Positions 22,701-34,734 of a stretch of DNA of 64,000 bases are shown here, in pieces (within the stretch, counting starts at the first letter, position 1; every line of letters starts with the position of its first letter). A program made the translations under genes and the position numbers. A model generated the notes under the pieces. The model was not told the origin of the DNA, did no database searches, and was given only the letters and a program-made list of their open reading frames with translations. The stretch covers positions 13,114,451-13,178,450 of the forward strand of contig NC_134035.1 of assembly GCF_964204645.1 (NCBI RefSeq), read 5' to 3'. The DNA is from Tubulanus polymorphus (lineage: Eukaryota; Animalia; Nemertea).

Positions 22701-25700
22701 TTAAGACCACTTTTGTACTTAAGTCATGACTGTGCAACTGGCTCCAGAATTGTAAAGAATGATGATAATTATAGTTTTGCTTCGCTCAAGTGACCGCTGC
22801 TCGACGTCGTCACGTGACGATCTCTGAATAGTCCGAACGTTTGTAACTGTCGTTTGAACGCTGATCGGAAATCTTTACGGAATATTCCGTAGATGAGCGG
22901 GTTGGTAGCGCTCGCTGTGTGCTGAACGATCGTCGATACGGCGTTCAAATGACCGGGCACCGCGGTCACGTCCGCGTAGAATATCGCTTTGAACAGTTTC
23001 GTGAAACAGAACGGCGTCATACAGATGAAGAAGATGATGACGATGACGAGGAGACTGGTGATCGTTTTCGTCGCGTTCAGCGTCTGTTTAAATTGATGAT
23101 TCGCCGCGTCGTAGATTCGTGTTTTCAAACGTTTCGTTTCGCCGATTATTTTACTATACGTGAAAACGATGATCGCGCCGGGAATCAGGAAACACAACGC
23201 GTTCGCCACGACGACGTAAACGATGATTTGAACGATGTTGATGAACCAGTCGATCGCGCAGACCATCTCCCAGTAATCGTAGTGGATCCAGTTCATCCCC
23301 ATCGGTACGACGGCGAACGCCGATCCTTGAAACCACGTATACGCGATCATCATCACGACGTATTTCTTCTTGATGAGAACCACGTATCGTAGCGAATAAA
23401 CAATCGCGAAATAGCGATCGATTCCGATAAACGATAAAGTTAACATCGATACAATTATAAACAGATAGTTTAAAGCGCATTGTAGCTGACACGCGAACTG
23501 TCCGAATATCCAGCGGTCGGAGATTAACGCGATCGCCGACGGTAACATCACGAATATCGAATTCGATAAGTCGGTCACGGCCAGGTTGATGAGGAATAAA
23601 TTCGCGACTTGTGATTTGAGTTTAGGAGTTCGCGCGGTCGCTAGGATCACGGCTACGTTTCCTATAACGCTACATGTTATAATTAACGACAGCGCGAATG
23701 TATAGAGGGCGTTCTCGTAGGGCTCGCGATTTATTGATTCAACAGTCCAATTTGTCATCGTTTCCATCCACTAGAAACTGTAATCAAAAAGTTGTGTTAA
23801 CCTGGTGTCGAGTCTGTTAAACATTTAGACAGATAGTACTAAAAGGGAGCATTTCAAAGTTGCTTTAATTAGAAACTTATTCTAATGGACACAAGTATCG
23901 AAATTTTGAGATGATCCCTAATAATCATCTTTATTTTGTACAAATAGTACAGACTAGGAGAGAAATCAAAGGGATAATACAAAAAATCAAAAGAAATTTT
24001 AAAAATTCACATTCACATGGAGAAAAACGTACAGTGGAACCTTATTACAACATAGAATGTTGTCCTTAGTAAAACAATTTCACTAATTTCTAATTTCATA
24101 CTGGATATAACGAACATATTTTCTGGTCCTGTGAAGTTTGTTCTCATGAGGTTCCACTGTATTTACAATCTGAATGAACTTAATTCGAAGGTTAAACTAG
24201 ATTTACTTACAGTTTACGAGCTCGCGTTACTAGAGTCAGTTGAAGCTTCATCTACACGATGAAGTTTCAAAGTACTATAATTCTACCTTTTAATCATAGC
24301 ATAATATTATTATTCGATAGAATGAATCGGTCATTCACACCAGGAACCTGCACTGACCAGTGTAGATAGTAATGTGACACTGTTAATTAGACAATAAACC
24401 TAGTTGACCAGTGGACCATTGTATAAATTATAATGATAATTTATATGATAGATACTGTATGATTTGCATAACATTGATTAAAAGGTAGATCGATTGCAAT
24501 ATGGAGGTTATTTCACTAAGACACTGTATGCTAAGGATTAGTGTCAGACCATATCTTAATCACTAAATGAATTGTGCAAAATTGTGATTAAAAGATAGAA
24601 TTCCTTGCAATTAATCACGGGCTCTATAACAAAGATTCCAAGACTAAATAAGGCTATCCCAGTGAGCTATTACAACCCTACAGAGTCCTTTAACAATAGC
24701 TAAAACAATTTTCAGTTATTGTATAACATTGACCGTAATTAAGAAATAATCCTTCTTTAGATTAACAGCAATTAACTAATTATTTCGCTTTGAAATATAT
24801 AGAAGTAACTAAGCTAGTAAAACCCTACATAGATTTGATGTATAAGATCCAACACTCGGAAAAGAAAAACAAGTTTGAAAAGGTTTCCTTGAGTTAATGC
24901 TTTATTTTCGACGTTTTGACTTTATCCTAATAGTCATCTTCGGGAATACAGTTTTATACAGTATTATAGATGATATTATAGAGTAGTATTCTGTTAAATA
25001 TGACTAATAGGATAAAGTAAAAAAAGTCGTAAATAAAGCATTAATTAAAGGAAATCTTTCAGACTTGTTTTTCTTTCAGAGTGCAGGATTTTGTAATATC
25101 ATTGAAATACAGACTCTCTGAGCAGAGCAGTCTGTAGGCTTACACTCTGACGTGGAGAATGGATAAAAAGTTTAAAACCAACTTTATACAAAGTTTGATA
25201 GATTAAAAGTAAATTTTATTTATCAAAGTTTGAAATCAACCATAGAGATCATCGTCGATCCTTAACTTATAACAGACTCAGAGTATTTCATCAATAGTAA
25301 ACCGAGTAATACTTACACTGCTGTCAGTTAAAGTTGTCGACTTGTAGTAAACTTTGAAGCTATATTCGTGAAGACATGCGATTGATATGACCTCATGCCT
25401 CGGTGGTCTGTTGGCGAGTGCGATTTCTCTCACCAGAAGATCCCATCCGATTCTCGTAAACATCTCATCGATTAACACGTATTGATGAGTTTCTGTCGTG
25501 CGATGATGGAACATGTGAAATATATCATTGTCTACGTCTTTGTGGGTGTAAAACGACTCGTGACATTTTCATTTACACCTTGTCTGTGTATGTTCTGATT
25601 GGATAGTTGTTATATTGAACTTTACCGAACTTTCATCGTACAAATTCATTACGTATTCCTCTGAAAATGTCCCATATACGGGTCGATTTAGTCGTGATTC

Positions 25701-28700
25701 TAGTCCAGTAAGGATTTAATTATGCCGTTGTTCTTAAGAGCTAGATCTAGGACACATTGTAAAACCGAGTTCAGGCTCAGATTCATTTGAATCCAGTTCC
25801 ACAGTGTTAAAACATTGAAAACGAACTGTCACTGGCTCCTGAGGCTCGGGAGGAAGATATTTAACAGGGTGCAGACTGTCTAATAGTTCACCCTTTCCAG
25901 CTCGGAGTTAGAGGTTTGACAGGGTAAAGATCTCGAGGGGTCCAGTTCCGCAGTTCTAAGATAGAGTTGACTCAATAAGTCAAATCTAAAGTCAACTGTG
26001 AAGCTGAGGTCGGTGATCCGTACTAAGAATGAGATATTGAGTTGGACCACTGTGAATGGACCTCGCGTTTCAATCAGTATATAGTCAGACTATACTGATT
26101 CCACAGTTCTAGACTCCGGACTATACTCGGAGTCTAAGCCTGAAATATGATTTTAATCTGTTTTATTTTTGACTTGCCCGAAGCCGGCGCGTCATTTCAT
26201 AATACCCTTCGCAATTCTCTCGACTTAAACTTTGAATCAAATCTATTTTTCTTTCATGAATTCCCTGTCGATTGATAAATAATAAAATCAGCGAACGGAA
26301 CCGAGTTGAATAAGATGAGGTATCCGATGCTCGAACATCTCGACCTCAAAAATCCTCATTCTTTCGAAATGAAAGATTTGGAAAAACTAGTCAAACAGGT
26401 TTGTTCATCGTTCGTGAGTCTGAAACTTGTTTTTTTTTTGTTCGTGTTTAACCTAACGATTCGTCACGTATCTAACCCCGATACTGAAACCTAGTGATTA
26501 AAATCTGATTTTATTTTCATTTTTATCGACCTCGCTCGAGCAAGTCATCGTTACTACGATAATCATAGCAGCGTTAATTAACCCTTTCCCAGTGATTATC
26601 TTCATAAGGCTGATGATTTGCTAAAGACATATTCGATCTCTCTCCTTGGAGTCTTATCCTTATCCAATCCTTACCTTTAAAGCATATAATTGCAGTAATA
26701 AACGCTTCGAGAAAATAATCTGCTTCAAAATTGAATGAGATTCGTGATTCGAATTTCACAGATTTCGCTAGTGAAGGGGTTAACACGTTGCTCGAGTAGA
26801 GGTAGATTGTTGTCGTTGTCGTGGTTTCCTCGTGTAAAATATTGACAGTTTATCTACCCGATTTGAATCCTGTTCACAACGCGCTCTCTCTCGCTCTGCT
26901 CTCTAGTTCCGAGGTCAGTCGTGAATATTTGAATGATTTAATCATTGTGATTACGATTGAACAGGTATTACGACCGGTTTGGGTAAAATGTGGAACATTA
27001 CGGAGGTAAGAGGCATGCCAGCGGTCATCCTCTCATCTCATCGGCGATTCGAACCTGACGGCATCGCGAGGCTCAACCTCGGCACGAAACCCTGTCTGAT
27101 TCTTCTGCGTACTCAGATACATATGGCACAAATCAGATTGCCCATTATGTAATTGCTGAGGCAAATTTCACTGATAGCTATAAATGGAATAACTAACGTC
27201 ATGGTTAAGCCGCGCATGTACCTGCGGACTCAGGCTATTCAGACAGGGTTTCATGGTTCCGGGGCAGAGTCTTACGATGTTATCGGGTTCGAATCCCCGC
27301 CGAGGAGCGATGATGTCCCAAAAGTAACCATCGATTTACTCATCTTGATGAAGGCATGACCTCTTTAACGACTGATCATGACATTTACGATGAAACTTTC
27401 AGCACAATCTCTACAGCGGGTGATCAGTGACACGGGAGATAACGCTGAATTTCTGAGTCAAATAACCACTTTACTGTGTGACTATCTCGAACAGTGCATG
27501 TGAACTTACTTTCAAAATCTGTGCACTTCTCTCAAATTAAGAGCATCTTACAAATCGAAACGTTAATGAAAATGATAATCGTGAACTGGAACCTTTTTTT
27601 GCATATGGTTCTCGTAAGTTAGGTTCTGAATCGTGGTCCAACACGCCCCCCGCCATCCCCCCCCAATCCCCACCCTCTGATTGATTGATGTCTTATATGT
27701 TATCATCCCCCCTTTTCGATGTTTTCTTTTCTTTTTTCTCGAAGAAAGCGGTGATAAACCGAAGAGAAATTTCGACGGAGTCTACCTCCACGTGGACGCT
27801 TCCAATCCAGACCAATTCGGACCGGATGATCTGAAAATGCTTATCACTCAGGTCTGAACTTAGCGCATGTAGCAAGCAGATTATCTCAGACAATTCTAAC
27901 GCCATCCCCCAATATTTCAGACAATATTCTTTTTCGTTTTATTTGCCTGAATTATTTTCAGCTTAGTTTTTATTTTTAGTTGAAAACTTTCTTCATAACT
28001 TTTATTCAAATCCGGTTTTGAAAAAGGAAATTCTCTGACAACTTTCGACTTTACTTAGAACTGCTTTTTCTAACTGCACATTGAAATCTTCGAAATTAGA
28101 AATTTCCATTAATTGTCACTAGTAAAGTCAAATCTATCCTTTAACCCTAAATCATTTATAAGATGAAAAAATAAGCCGAGCTTTGTTGATTTACCGATGA
28201 AGCAAAGCCTTCAAACTTTCTCGCATAATTGTCTGATACAAGTTGTCTAAAGATGCGTTAATAAGTTTTGATGGAAATCGTTGTTGCGAGCACTGAATGG
28301 ACCATTGCCTCGTAACTGTGTGAACAAATTCATTATAACTAAATCCATGATCCACAATCATCACGAACTTCACCATCTGTAGAACTAACCAAACTAGACT
28401 TCATCTTACTCAGTATTCATTGTCAGCAATGTTAAAACTGTTGGATCCAGATTCAAAGTTCTTAGGTTCAATTTAGCCTATGGACTATATTTTAATAGGT
28501 CTTCGATTACTTAGAGTCTAATTAGTTAGTTATTTCAAATTTGAAATCAGTGAAATTGAAATATTCTTCAGTCATCTGGTACCGAGAGTAACGAGGAGTT
28601 TAATGTATATTGTACTAAACAACTCTATTCTTGATTTATTTTCATGTCTGTCTTTTAATTTATTTTCACATTTACACATTTTCCGTTCTTTTCCTTCGTT

Positions 28701-31700
28701 TTTCTGCACGTTTTTCTCAACCCTGTCAGTTCCTCAGTTGTGAGTTATGTTTTTCTCATTTTATGCCGTTATAAAAATCTTCATAATTCTTACTTCTTAA
28801 GAGTGAATTCAAATTCACAACTGTGGAACTGATTCTTCGTTCGTTTGTTAATTTATTACCGGTGCATGCGCATTCACTTTATTAACGCTTTTTCAATAGA
28901 CATGTTTTGAATCTATCTCATGATTTAATGATACAGTAGACTTTGCTTGCCGTTCGCGGAACCGATGAATTCCTGCAGGGCAGTCTGGGCAGGGACGGGT
29001 TGTGTTATCATGATGACTTGGAATAAGAAAATCTGTAATATATTGTCCACGCAGGGCACGCGATAATCCAAGGTGATGGAGTCAGGGGTAAACACAGTCT
29101 ACTGTATTGTTATTGAATGCAATGAACTTTTGAAATGAAAATGAAATGAGAACTATAAACATGTGGGCAGGTAAGTATTCGTGATAAGCAATCGTTACCA
29201 CATTAAAACCTGCTTAATCTACCATAGATAAACAATGAGAAATCACATTCAAACATGAATAAACGGTAATGTCTGATTGAGATTGAGCAGGTTTTTATGA
29301 TGTTTAAAAACAGACCTGACTTAACAGAATCGGGCGTATTTTCAAATTAAACCGCCTTGCAAATTATGTCGAATTACTCCCATCAGAAAAGTTTTCACTG
29401 TTTTTTGGTCCCAATATGTATTTAAGTGTCATCATGAACATAATGATCATCACACTACAAATGCTTCAGGGAACTTCACTATCAATATCACTGGAAATAC
29501 CGAGATTGTCAGGTCTGAAAGAATAGTACGAACTACTGTCAGAGTCGGTTAAATTGCATGTTTGGTATCGAGAAAAACCATATTGTCGATACGAATATGA
29601 TATTTAAGAATTCTTACGACGGCGTGGTTGATGTTGATTGAGCGTTGTCATTGGACGAGATCATGGCGCTTCCTGCATATATTACTGACTCTGACTGTAT
29701 TCAAAATTGTATCATAGGGGTCATACATTTATTACGTATGCATTAGGGGAGGAAGGAGGGCTGTGATGCTTAATAGATATATGAAAAAATGTCCGATTTT
29801 GCGTACAGAGGGGGAGGTGGGTTGAAAAATTCAAATTTTATGCGTACGTAATAAATGAATGATCCCATATGTTACTGTTGGTTTCTGTGCACAAGTAAAA
29901 GTTTCACTGAAGGAAAACTACGAGAGTTGTGATGTTTCGATTCATTTGCTACGAGATATTTTAAAAACGGATTTATTTTCGAAGAGCAGTTGTGACAATA
30001 GCAACTTCGTTATTCTGTTAGAACCGCTTTTCGAAAAGAATCTGTTGTGAAAATGGCTCATCGCATTGGAGTCGAACGACAAAATCATCTATTAGTTTTT
30101 ACTTTTGTAATTGCCGGTTTATGTCTGTTAGATGTAACTGTTGTCGTGTATTAATGATACAGGCTACGGCTGATCTGGAGAAATATGATGAAGAACGCGC
30201 TGGAAAATTCAAAGACTACGAAATGCAGAAAGAGCACGAACGACGCAAAAAACTGAAAACGATGGACGAAGAACATCGAAAAAAGGCCGAGGCTGAATAT
30301 CAGGAATCTAAGAAAAAGCACCATCAACACGAGAAAGTTCATGAACCGGTAAGTGTTGAGTCAAGTTCCACAGTTTTGTGGGTTTGACTCCGGATCCTGA
30401 TCCACAGCCTTCACCCAACTGGACCCTGAGCTGACAAAATCTTATTACGGGCAGAGTCCATCCTCGCTCGCCTACACAAAGCTTAATTATCTAGCCAATC
30501 AGATGCATTGTATTGATGGAGCGAACCTGCCTGTAAACAACGCATCTGATTGGGTAGATATAAAGACTGGTGGCTACTGAGCGGCAACCAGTCCGCTCGA
30601 GAAATTTTCTGTGGTGTAATAAATAGAAGGAACTGCAGCCCGGGTTTCTGTTGGCATGACGCGATCTAACCCTGGCAAGCGAGTACTGTTGATTCTATAG
30701 CTATGAACTACTATTCAACCTATGATTTATATTTCAGGGATCACGAGCTCAATTGGAAGAAACATGGGAGAAAGAAGATCACATGGACAAAGATACATTC
30801 AACCCAAAAACTTTTTTCAAATACCACGGTATGGATAACACTAACTAACATTTGATTTGTTAGAATTTGAAATTACGATCGATTCTGAATTTTATCCGAT
30901 GATGTTTAGATACAAACGAGGATGGTGTCCTTGAACCTGATGAGGTGGAAGCATTATTCCAAGCTGAGGTAAATATATACAATGCAGCGCTCATGCAAGT
31001 ATCAATCTGTATTTTGTCTGGAATCACCCCTTTCAGACTGTCATCATTCAGCATCATGAAATGTCTTATGTCTGGTGTTAGTAGTTTGTTTTCAATTGAG
31101 AATGTCTCCAGTGAATTTCTGAACATATTAGAAGCATGGACGATCTCAAATTGGGAGAACGGTGTTCATCAAATATATATTAGGGCACAGAGTGCAGATT
31201 GATACTTGTATTGTAGTGAGGTAAGCCTTACTCGAGCAGGGCCAACTTGGAACTTTTGACTAGATTTGACTAAAATGAAATCATCTTTGTGACTCGCTAA
31301 CGTATTTTCCTATGCTTTTACTTAACCTCAACTGATTTCACAGTTTGTCCGAGTTTGACGAGCTTTATCGCAAATTATGCAATAAGAATTGACAGTATTA
31401 AAAACAAACGCACAATGTTATCTGATCATTTAACTTCAGCTCGATAAAGTTTATGAATCGAATCACACTGAAGACGATATGATGGAACGATATGAAGAGA
31501 TGAATCGCATGCGACAACACGTTTACAAAGACTACGACAAGAATAAAGATTCTATGATTTCATTGGAAGAATTCTTGGACGCCGTCAATTCGAATGCTGC
31601 CGCTAAAGATGAAGGATGGAAAGTAAGTGCATACGAGAGTATATTCCTATTAACCCTTTCAGTGCGTCTACACCGCAGTGCAGTGTATAAATCTGTGTTA

Positions 31701-33528
31701 GAATTGCTGTGGTTTCTACGGTTCGGTCTGTTTATCTTTAGTTTTGACGCATTGCTTCTATTTTAGATCCTGTGAGTTTATATGCTTTGTTACTTGTTTT
31801 TCTGGTCATTCCACCTGATGATGGCTGTTAGTCAACAGCCGAAACGTTGTGGTTTCATAATAATAAATTTGATCGTATAATCTTAAATTCGAAGTGTGGG
31901 ATTTCTTCATTTATTGAGAACAATTTGGCATTATGTACTAGAGTATCAATTTCCAACGGCTTTGTGTGGATTGTGTTACTAAATGAAGCTTTTCCTTTTC
32001 TTGAAAATGTAAATAATGGTTATTGATTATTGTTTAGGGCATTGATGATGAAGATCAGTTTACCGAAGACGAATTAGCAGATTGGGAGAAAAAACATCCT
32101 GACGATGATGAGGTAAGTTTCTTCCATCCTTAATATTATAATTCTAGTAATTCTAGGCCCGGTGTCATAGACTAAAACTGATGTATTCTCAGTGTTGAAG
32201 TTGATGAGCAATCCCACAACGATGATGGCTTAAGTTTATTTATCAGACGGTTTGGCAATTTATCGAAACAGCTGTTTCCCTGAAGATGGGATTTAGATAA
32301 ATCTTGAAGAAATTGTCAGATAGATAAACTTTGAAATATTAACATCGTGGGGTTGCTTGTCAACTTCTACACTGAGAATACATCAGTTTATCAACATTGT
32401 GGGTTTATTCATTTTCCCTAAGATAATCTAGAAACTATGGTAATAACTGACAAATTTCCAAATGTTTCCATCTATTTCGCACTCACATCTTTGGAACTTT
32501 TCTTCCGCACAGAACGCAGTTAAAGCTGACGGTGATAAACTCAAAGTTCAGCCTAAAGACGGCGCTGCTGCAAGTCAAAATAAAGATGGCGTCGTAAACA
32601 TGCAACAGGTACAGGATAAACAAACTGAACACGAAGCAGGAGCACAATATGATGAAAGTCGTACGGGAGAAGATCGTCGAAAACATCGAAAAAATATTCC
32701 GCGATTAATTCTTCCTTCAATGTTGAAAAAATACTCCAAAACACAACCTCAAAAAGAGTATCCAAACCCGAATGATCGACAGGACCGTTCCCAAACTGAC
32801 CATCCTGATTCTAGTTCAGACCCATCTTCCCGATCCAGTTCCCTCCATCAAAGTTCTCATGAAGAACACCCTAATCCTGAACACCATGAGGCCGTTGAAG
32901 GTGAACACCTCAAGGCCCAGGGTGAACACCAGGAGACCGGGAGTGAACACCACGAGGCCCAGGGTGAACACCATGTGGCCCAGGGTGAACACCACGAGGC
33001 CCAGGGTGAACACCACAAAGCCCAGGGTGAACACCACGAAGGCCAGGGTGAACACCATGAGGCCAAAGTTGAAGACCATGAATCCCAAGGTGAACATCAT
33101 GAGACTAAAAGTGAACACCACGAGGGCCAAACTATGCCGGGGGTAAGATTAGTGTTATGAATATTTGCCTGCTGCCCCCAGAATAGAGAATTTTTAGGAT
33201 CTTTTCAAGTTCAGGTTCAAGGTTTGAGTTTTAATTGTACCAATAAGGCAGATAGTTTGGGTACCACATTTAGTGCCCGCAGGATCTACAGATATTTAGC
33301 TTATAGACGTCCATATTACCTAAAGTCGCAGTTTCTAATAATAACATTCATTCAAAATTTGGTGAAAGTTTCTTTCATAGAATATTTCGGATTTTTCATA
33401 TTCATTCCGTTTTCATCTGTAGAATAGAATTGAAAAATATGAATAGTATTTAAATTCATTGAAAAAAGATTTTTCTGTAGTAGTTTTTGAGCAATTATTT
33501 TATTCATTTTATTTTTCAGGGTAAATAA
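16797..33528 (+). CDS. NUCB2: Nucleobindin (NUCB1/NUCB2 family); exons 16797-16907, [17686-17799 or 18972-19070], 21415-21541, [21930-22048, 26292-26398 or 27745-27851], 30163-30348, 30738-30828, 30910-30968, 31440-31622, 32038-32112, 32513-33142, 33520-33528
   Basis: Signal peptide; [17 protein letters not shown]; [25 protein letters not shown]; [14 protein letters not shown]; FNPKTFF; two EF-hands ([24 protein letters not shown]). All are nucleobindin hallmarks and the junctions are in phase. NUCB1 versus NUCB2 cannot be distinguished in an invertebrate. Confidence 0.93.
20165..20530. repeat. Minisatellite, about 68-bp unit, 5-6 copies, with CCCTAACCCTA and CCAAT motifs
   Basis: Repeated CTGTGACATCATAACTCTAGCCAGCCAATCAGAAACCCTAACCCTAGGTCACCTGACTACCTGATTAC. 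Confidence 0.9.
22769..23767 (-). CDS. Class A GPCR, biogenic-amine/GPR161-like, nested antisense in a nucleobindin intron
   Basis: GN in TM1, [34 protein letters not shown]; in-frame N-terminal NWT sequon; acceptor just upstream of the ATG; minus-strand AATAAA at about 22439-22444. Confidence 0.92.
   Translation of the reverse strand: METMTNWTVESINREPYENALYTFALSLIITCSVIGNVAVILATARTPKLKSQVANLFLINLAVTDLSNSIFVMLPSAIALISDRWIFGQFACQLQCALNYLFIIVSMLTLSFIGIDRYFAIVYSLRYVVLIKKKYVVMMIAYTWFQGSAFAVVPMGMNWIHYDYWEMVCAIDWFINIVQIIVYVVVANALCFLIPGAIIVFTYSKIIGETKRLKTRIYDAANHQFKQTLNATKTITSLLVIVIIFFICMTPFCFTKLFKAIFYADVTAVPGHLNAVSTIVQHTASATNPLIYGIFRKDFRSAFKRQLQTFGLFRDRHVTTSSSGHLSEAKL
24032..24159. mobile_element. 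Tc1/mariner (pogo-like) MITE
   Basis: TA-CAGTGGAACCT...AGGTTCCACTG-TA. Confidence 0.7.
28934..29104. mobile_element. Tc1/mariner-like MITE
   Basis: TA-CAGTAGACT...AGTCTACTG-TA. Confidence 0.65.
29717..29866. mobile_element. Harbinger-like MITE
   Basis: GGGGTCATACATTTATTACGTA...TACGTAATAAATGAATGATCCC imperfect TIR. Confidence 0.6.
31811..31852 (+). ncRNA. Minimal type I hammerhead ribozyme in a nucleobindin intron (Penelope pLTR-type)
   Basis: CCAC-CTGATGA-T-GGCTGTT-agtc-AACAGCC-GAAA-CG-TT-GTGG, then AATAAA. Confidence 0.8.
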
Positions 33529-34734
33529 GAAGAGAACTCGACTAAATCACCCTCAACATCAACAACTTGCTGTCTTAACAAAAACCTTATTATTTCAACA
33601 ACCGAGTTTCAAGAAACACCGTGATCATCGTCGACTAAAAACAGTTCGCGGAATTATTTTTAATATACGCCAGAAAATACGCTTTGAATTTAGAGACAGT
33701 TTTCATATGATCTGAGAATGAAATTCTTCATAAATATATTCAACCAAGAAAGAGAGAGAAAGGGAGGGAGATGGCGAGAGGGTTGACATGGTTTTGAATT
33801 TCATAATGAAATCAGCATTCACTCTGCATAATTACCTATTTTCTGTATTTATGCATTTAATACCCATTTGAGAAGTAGATAGTAGAAGAGATTTGAAAAT
33901 TAATCAATATTTATCAATTCAGTAACGTATATTTGAAATGATGAATCGGCACCAACCACTCCCCACCGAATCCCATAGGCCTTATGTATGAACAGATTAT
34001 TGATATCATTGTGTATGAATAAGAGGAAAGAGATTTAGGCATATACTCAACTAATTACTGATAGATGTGTCTTATTCGAAAAAAAATTCAACATCATTGT
34101 CCTACTGTCTCACTAACGAACCTGGTGGATCCTCACTCGCCACAAGCGGAATCCTCGCTTGCCACAGTCAAAATTGTAAAGTCATCATTCAGATATTTCG
34201 AGATAAACATTTTTAAACAGAAATTCAGAGCTGAATTTATCGTTGTAATTCTCTCCATATAAAACGACAACCTGCTGAAAACTGACCCCAATTGATGTTG
34301 TGAAACTGTGAATTTGTTTATGTCAATAACTGCCATTTGTAATATCTCTGTCGCGATCCAGTTCCACTGTAATGGCTCCAATTGAATGAGTTGAGGGAAA
34401 AGTTAAAAGTACATTCAACTGAATCAAATTAGGGTTTAGCTCACAATGAACAGTGATGAGAAGTTACCGTGGAACTGGATCCCGATAACTACTGAGTATT
34501 GCCTGTAATTTGTATATGTTTGTATGTTGAAGGTATGTAACAGGTTTATGATATATATATGTGTGTAAATATATGACAGATAATTTTGAATTCTCACTCT
34601 ATAGATTTACATTTAGAAATAGATAGCTGGACCCCATTTCACAGTTGTGGCATGAATTGATTTGAAGCTAAATGGCAACTGTGGAACTGGGCCCTGAAAT
34701 TTCCCTGTTTCTGGATTTAGTTGTTGTTGGATTT

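Noticed and set aside
22919-23492. Overlapping ORFs on the nested GPCR (likewise 14195-14740, 4979-5299, 32772-33146)
   Set aside because: Shadow frames of real coding exons, with no motifs of their own.
25278-25514. 78-aa minus-strand ORF as a separate gene
   Set aside because: No recognisable motif or in-phase partner exon; could be untranslated sequence of the nested GPCR.
32278-32322. More hammerhead ribozymes (also about 24215-24255, 47345-47385, 62420-62452)
   Set aside because: Core bases are mutated (GAAG, CUGACAA, CUG-UGA) or stems are missing; at most decayed relics.
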